From Balanoglossus misakiensis (lineage: Eukaryota > Animalia > Hemichordata), in NCBI GenBank assembly GCA_040954595.2, contig CM082590.2, positions 10,938,088 to 11,002,087 on the forward strand: DNA of 64,000 nt. Reading direction: 5' to 3'. The translations under genes and the position numbers were made by a program. This document shows, one piece after another, positions 60,801 to 64,000 of the stretch. The notes under the pieces were generated by a model. It worked only from the letters and a program-made list of their open reading frames with translations, was not told the origin of the DNA and made no database searches. Each line of letters starts with the position of its first letter. Position 1 is the first letter of the stretch.

Positions 60801-62772
60801 TCGACAACTCACTCCAGTAGGAGTTTGTAGAGATGTCATGACAAGGATCTTTGTAGTGGGAAGCTCACAGAACTCAAATTTTCAGACTTTGTTATATGAG
60901 TTGGAAAAGGCTGGAGAGAGTAAAATCAATATTGTAAAAAGCGGTTATTTTTCTCTTTCATTAGAGAACAGATGACGCAAAGATGGAGAAGAAAAAGAAA
61001 CAAACACATGCACCAGGAACAGCTGGGACCTGATTTAAATTTTAATTTAAAATTTGAAAAAAAAAAATCTACTCCATTTGTTTGTATGACATGAGGGATC
61101 AAAACTGTGAGTTTGCATTGTGAATCATACAGATGTCGAAAGGTGAATTATATAATATTGCTGAGCTCTCATTGATGCAAATATTAAAAGTCTCCATGGT
61201 GGTGAAAGGGTTAAAGGGGAAACTGTGGTTGAAAATCATTAAGAAGTTACTGTCCTTTTGACCCTAAAAGGCCAATCCCATCAATGCAACAGAGATATTT
61301 CTTTGGTTCAGGTAAAACTACTCGTGCACAGAGAATGCGATTTTAGGTATGCATGCAGTTCAGAGTTCACGGAACGCCATTTCTGAATTATCTGGGTACT
61401 CTGTTGCCATAGAAACTTGACCTGTACTTGTTTGGAAACAATCTATTGGGGATTTACAATACTCAAGAGTAATTTTAAACTAAAACACAGTGAGCTGAGG
61501 TGTTGACTATGCCCTTTTCGTGAAACGTCATTGGCCTATACAGCTGCCCTCTAGAGGTAACCTACATTGGAGCGTATAGTGGGAGTTCGCCTTGCCTTCG
61601 TCATTGGTTGCCATGGCAGTAGACTTACAGGGGGCGGACCAGTGTTTATCCTTCAGTTTTAAAACGCGTGCGAGGAATACTGATCAGAGAAGTTGTATAG
61701 GTTTACACGCCACGTAATTGTTCTCAGTCGACCAATCACGTACAGTAACGTTTTAACAATCCATGCGTATAAATATCAATGTAACATTTGCATAATGCAA
61801 ACTCTGTATCTCTGTTACCGTTCATGTAACCTGTTTTTTCTTATCTAATCAACGGTAATGAATAAGATTGTCTGAAAATTTTATCCCTGATGACAACAAA
61901 GCAAGGTTGAAACAGCTAGGACATATGAACATCACAAGCTAATATTGTTATCTTTCCAAGGCAATGTGTGTAGACTTTATCAGTTGAACAAACCAAGTAA
62001 TTTCTGATAGTGGCTGCAGTGATTTCATTTGGGGGATGGCTATTAGGAATTATCGTGATTGGCAAGTATTTTTTTGATGAAGCTCGATAGCAACATTCGT
62101 TACTAATTATCAACTTCAAGTGATAGTTTACCAACAGGAAGATCTGGAAATTCAAAGCGGCCTGTCAGACTGTAACATTCTGACACTCGACAATTAAATA
62201 ATTTGATTAAGGGAAGATTAATGGTCACAATTTAGCACAAGCTACGAATTCAGCAATTGTGTAATGACTAAAGGTGATTTCTTTGCATACACCGTTTTAA
62301 CCCTTACTGTATAGCTTCCTTCCTCCTACATATACCTTCCTGACAATTGTATCAAACATACGGCGTAAATTTCCTGGTTTTTGAGAAAAACGTACGTCAG
62401 TACCGATAATGTTTGAAAGGACGAAATTACACCCAGACATCTTTCTCCTTGATAAAGTCGTTGAAATGAATGCCTTAATTATCTCATTGATGATCAAGTG
62501 CCCAAGGGAAAAACAGTTTGTATCGTGCAATTTCTAAAGTCAAGAAACTATCGTAGAGAGGATGAAATTTTGCCCCGAGACAAGTTGTCCAAATGAAAAC
62601 ATCTTAATTATCTGTGATGACCAGGTGCGTCAAGGTAAAACAGCTCGATATAATTAACTTTGATTAATTACTGAAGGTCAAGTTTGAATACAGATCATTA
62701 ATTGAGACTTAATGATGATACCACATGCTACATTGTCATGGAAATGATAACATCCTCCTACTCACTTTGTTG

Positions 62773-62904
62773 TCATGACGACACTATCTTCCACTGCATA
62801 ATACAAGTGTCTTTGCCGCTTATTGTTATCAGATAACTGTTGTCGTAGACAAAACTGATGCCGATGGTGTCGACGCGGTTAGCTTCGTACTTCCGACTTT
62901 GAGC
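62773..62904 (-). CDS. Terminal coding exon of an EMAP/EML-family (echinoderm microtubule-associated protein-like) WD40 gene; the rest of the gene lies to the right
   Basis: Acceptor tttttcAG, then AQSRKYEANRVDTIGISFVYDNSYLITISGKDTCIMQWKIVSS*. This resembles the EML last blade as I recall it (APSHxYxxHSSHVTNVxF..DSHLISTGGKDxSIxQW). It is not in the ORF track because it is only 43 aa. Confidence 0.75.
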   Translation of the reverse strand, partial: AQSRKYEANRVDTIGISFVYDNSYLITISGKDTCIMQWKIVSS

Positions 62905-64000
62905 CTGAAAAATGACAGATGACAGAAATATTGATAATTTTTCTCAAAATGATGAGTTGGGAATTGTTCAGAGAAGATTGTTAGACTGATTCAGAAACTG
63001 CTTTACAAGGACACTGACATGTTTGAATATATGAGTGACATTTTTTTTCCAATTACTGATGATGGATCGCTCATTCTGAATACCAACTGATTGGCAGTAT
63101 AGTGAAGCCTTAAAAGATCTTTTGAATAAATTCATCAATACACCGTCGTCATCACATGTATGGAGAGACAGATTTTTAAATGAAAGCACTTTGTTGTCGT
63201 ATACACATCAGATGCCACAGCTAAGCTCAGTCTCAATAAGGAAAAATCTTAATAACAGGATATTAAAGATGGAAACTCCTGCCATCATTTTGGAGTATAT
63301 TGTTCGATTTCTCACGCGACAAGAACCTTTTTCTTAAGAGATACCCAGAAGCCATTTATAAGATGATCAACGTCTTAAATTCTAAACCACACAGAGGCAT
63401 GAATGCTTCTTTGTTGCTTAGTAACAGCAATGTCAAATCATAACAGCCAACCTTCGGCCTGTTGTCAGCAGACTGAAACTCAGAGCTGCATCTTTGTAAA
63501 CATTGTGAAGATTCAAAGACCAGATTTCAGAGATTTCTACATTTCTTTTCATTAAGATGCTGAGCGTCATGTCACCATTCTGACAAATAACAAGCTTCTT
63601 TGAGACTTTAACAGCCAGCGTTATTAGAATGGAGACCATAATTGTAACATTTTTAAACCTCTTAAGTTGCCTATACCTTTGCCAAAGAGAAATCTCTATA
63701 CAGTGGAGGAAGATCAACTTTTCACACAGCTACAGAATTGGTGAATTTGACTTCTAATCTTTAATTACCGGTACATCACAACTTGAAGAATAAAAATTGT
63801 ACTAAATTCTCTATTACGAAAAGACAATTGTCATCCAGACATCCTGGCAAAGAGAAACAAAAGCCTGACATAAAAAAATACTTTACATACTATTAAGGCA
63901 CTCTAAGTGGAAAAAGCTGGATTTTATCGGCCTCTTATCATCATTCCGTGAAATTGAGCAGAAAACAATTTCCAAGAACACATCATGCATGACATTGGGT

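Overview
AT-rich animal genomic DNA with GT-AG introns. The gene content suggests a marine invertebrate deuterostome such as a hemichordate or echinoderm, but this is inference only. Three protein-coding genes are supported. (1) On the minus strand, 27395 down to beyond the left edge, is a giant secreted protein gene: a signal-peptide exon, 10 single-domain sushi/CCP exons and at least 45 single-domain HYR (hyalin-repeat) exons, about 4,250 aa in this window. All introns are phase 1. The HYR block was built by nested recent tandem duplications (periods of about 0.45, 1.75, 2.16, 4.33 and 9.94 kb) and contains chimeric and fused exons. (2) On the plus strand, 32456-41517, is a complete 7-exon glycine amidinotransferase (GATM/AGAT, 416 aa); several of its exons are missing from the ORF track. 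(3) On the minus strand, 62773-62904, is the terminal exon of an EMAP/EML-family WD40 gene. Also present: a 5.4 kb 60-bp minisatellite (88 full units) whose variation is almost confined to two positions, several MITE and LINE remnants, microsatellites, and a candidate spliced non-coding or micropeptide transcript between the HYR gene and GATM. All coordinates and counts were read by eye; no database searches were run.
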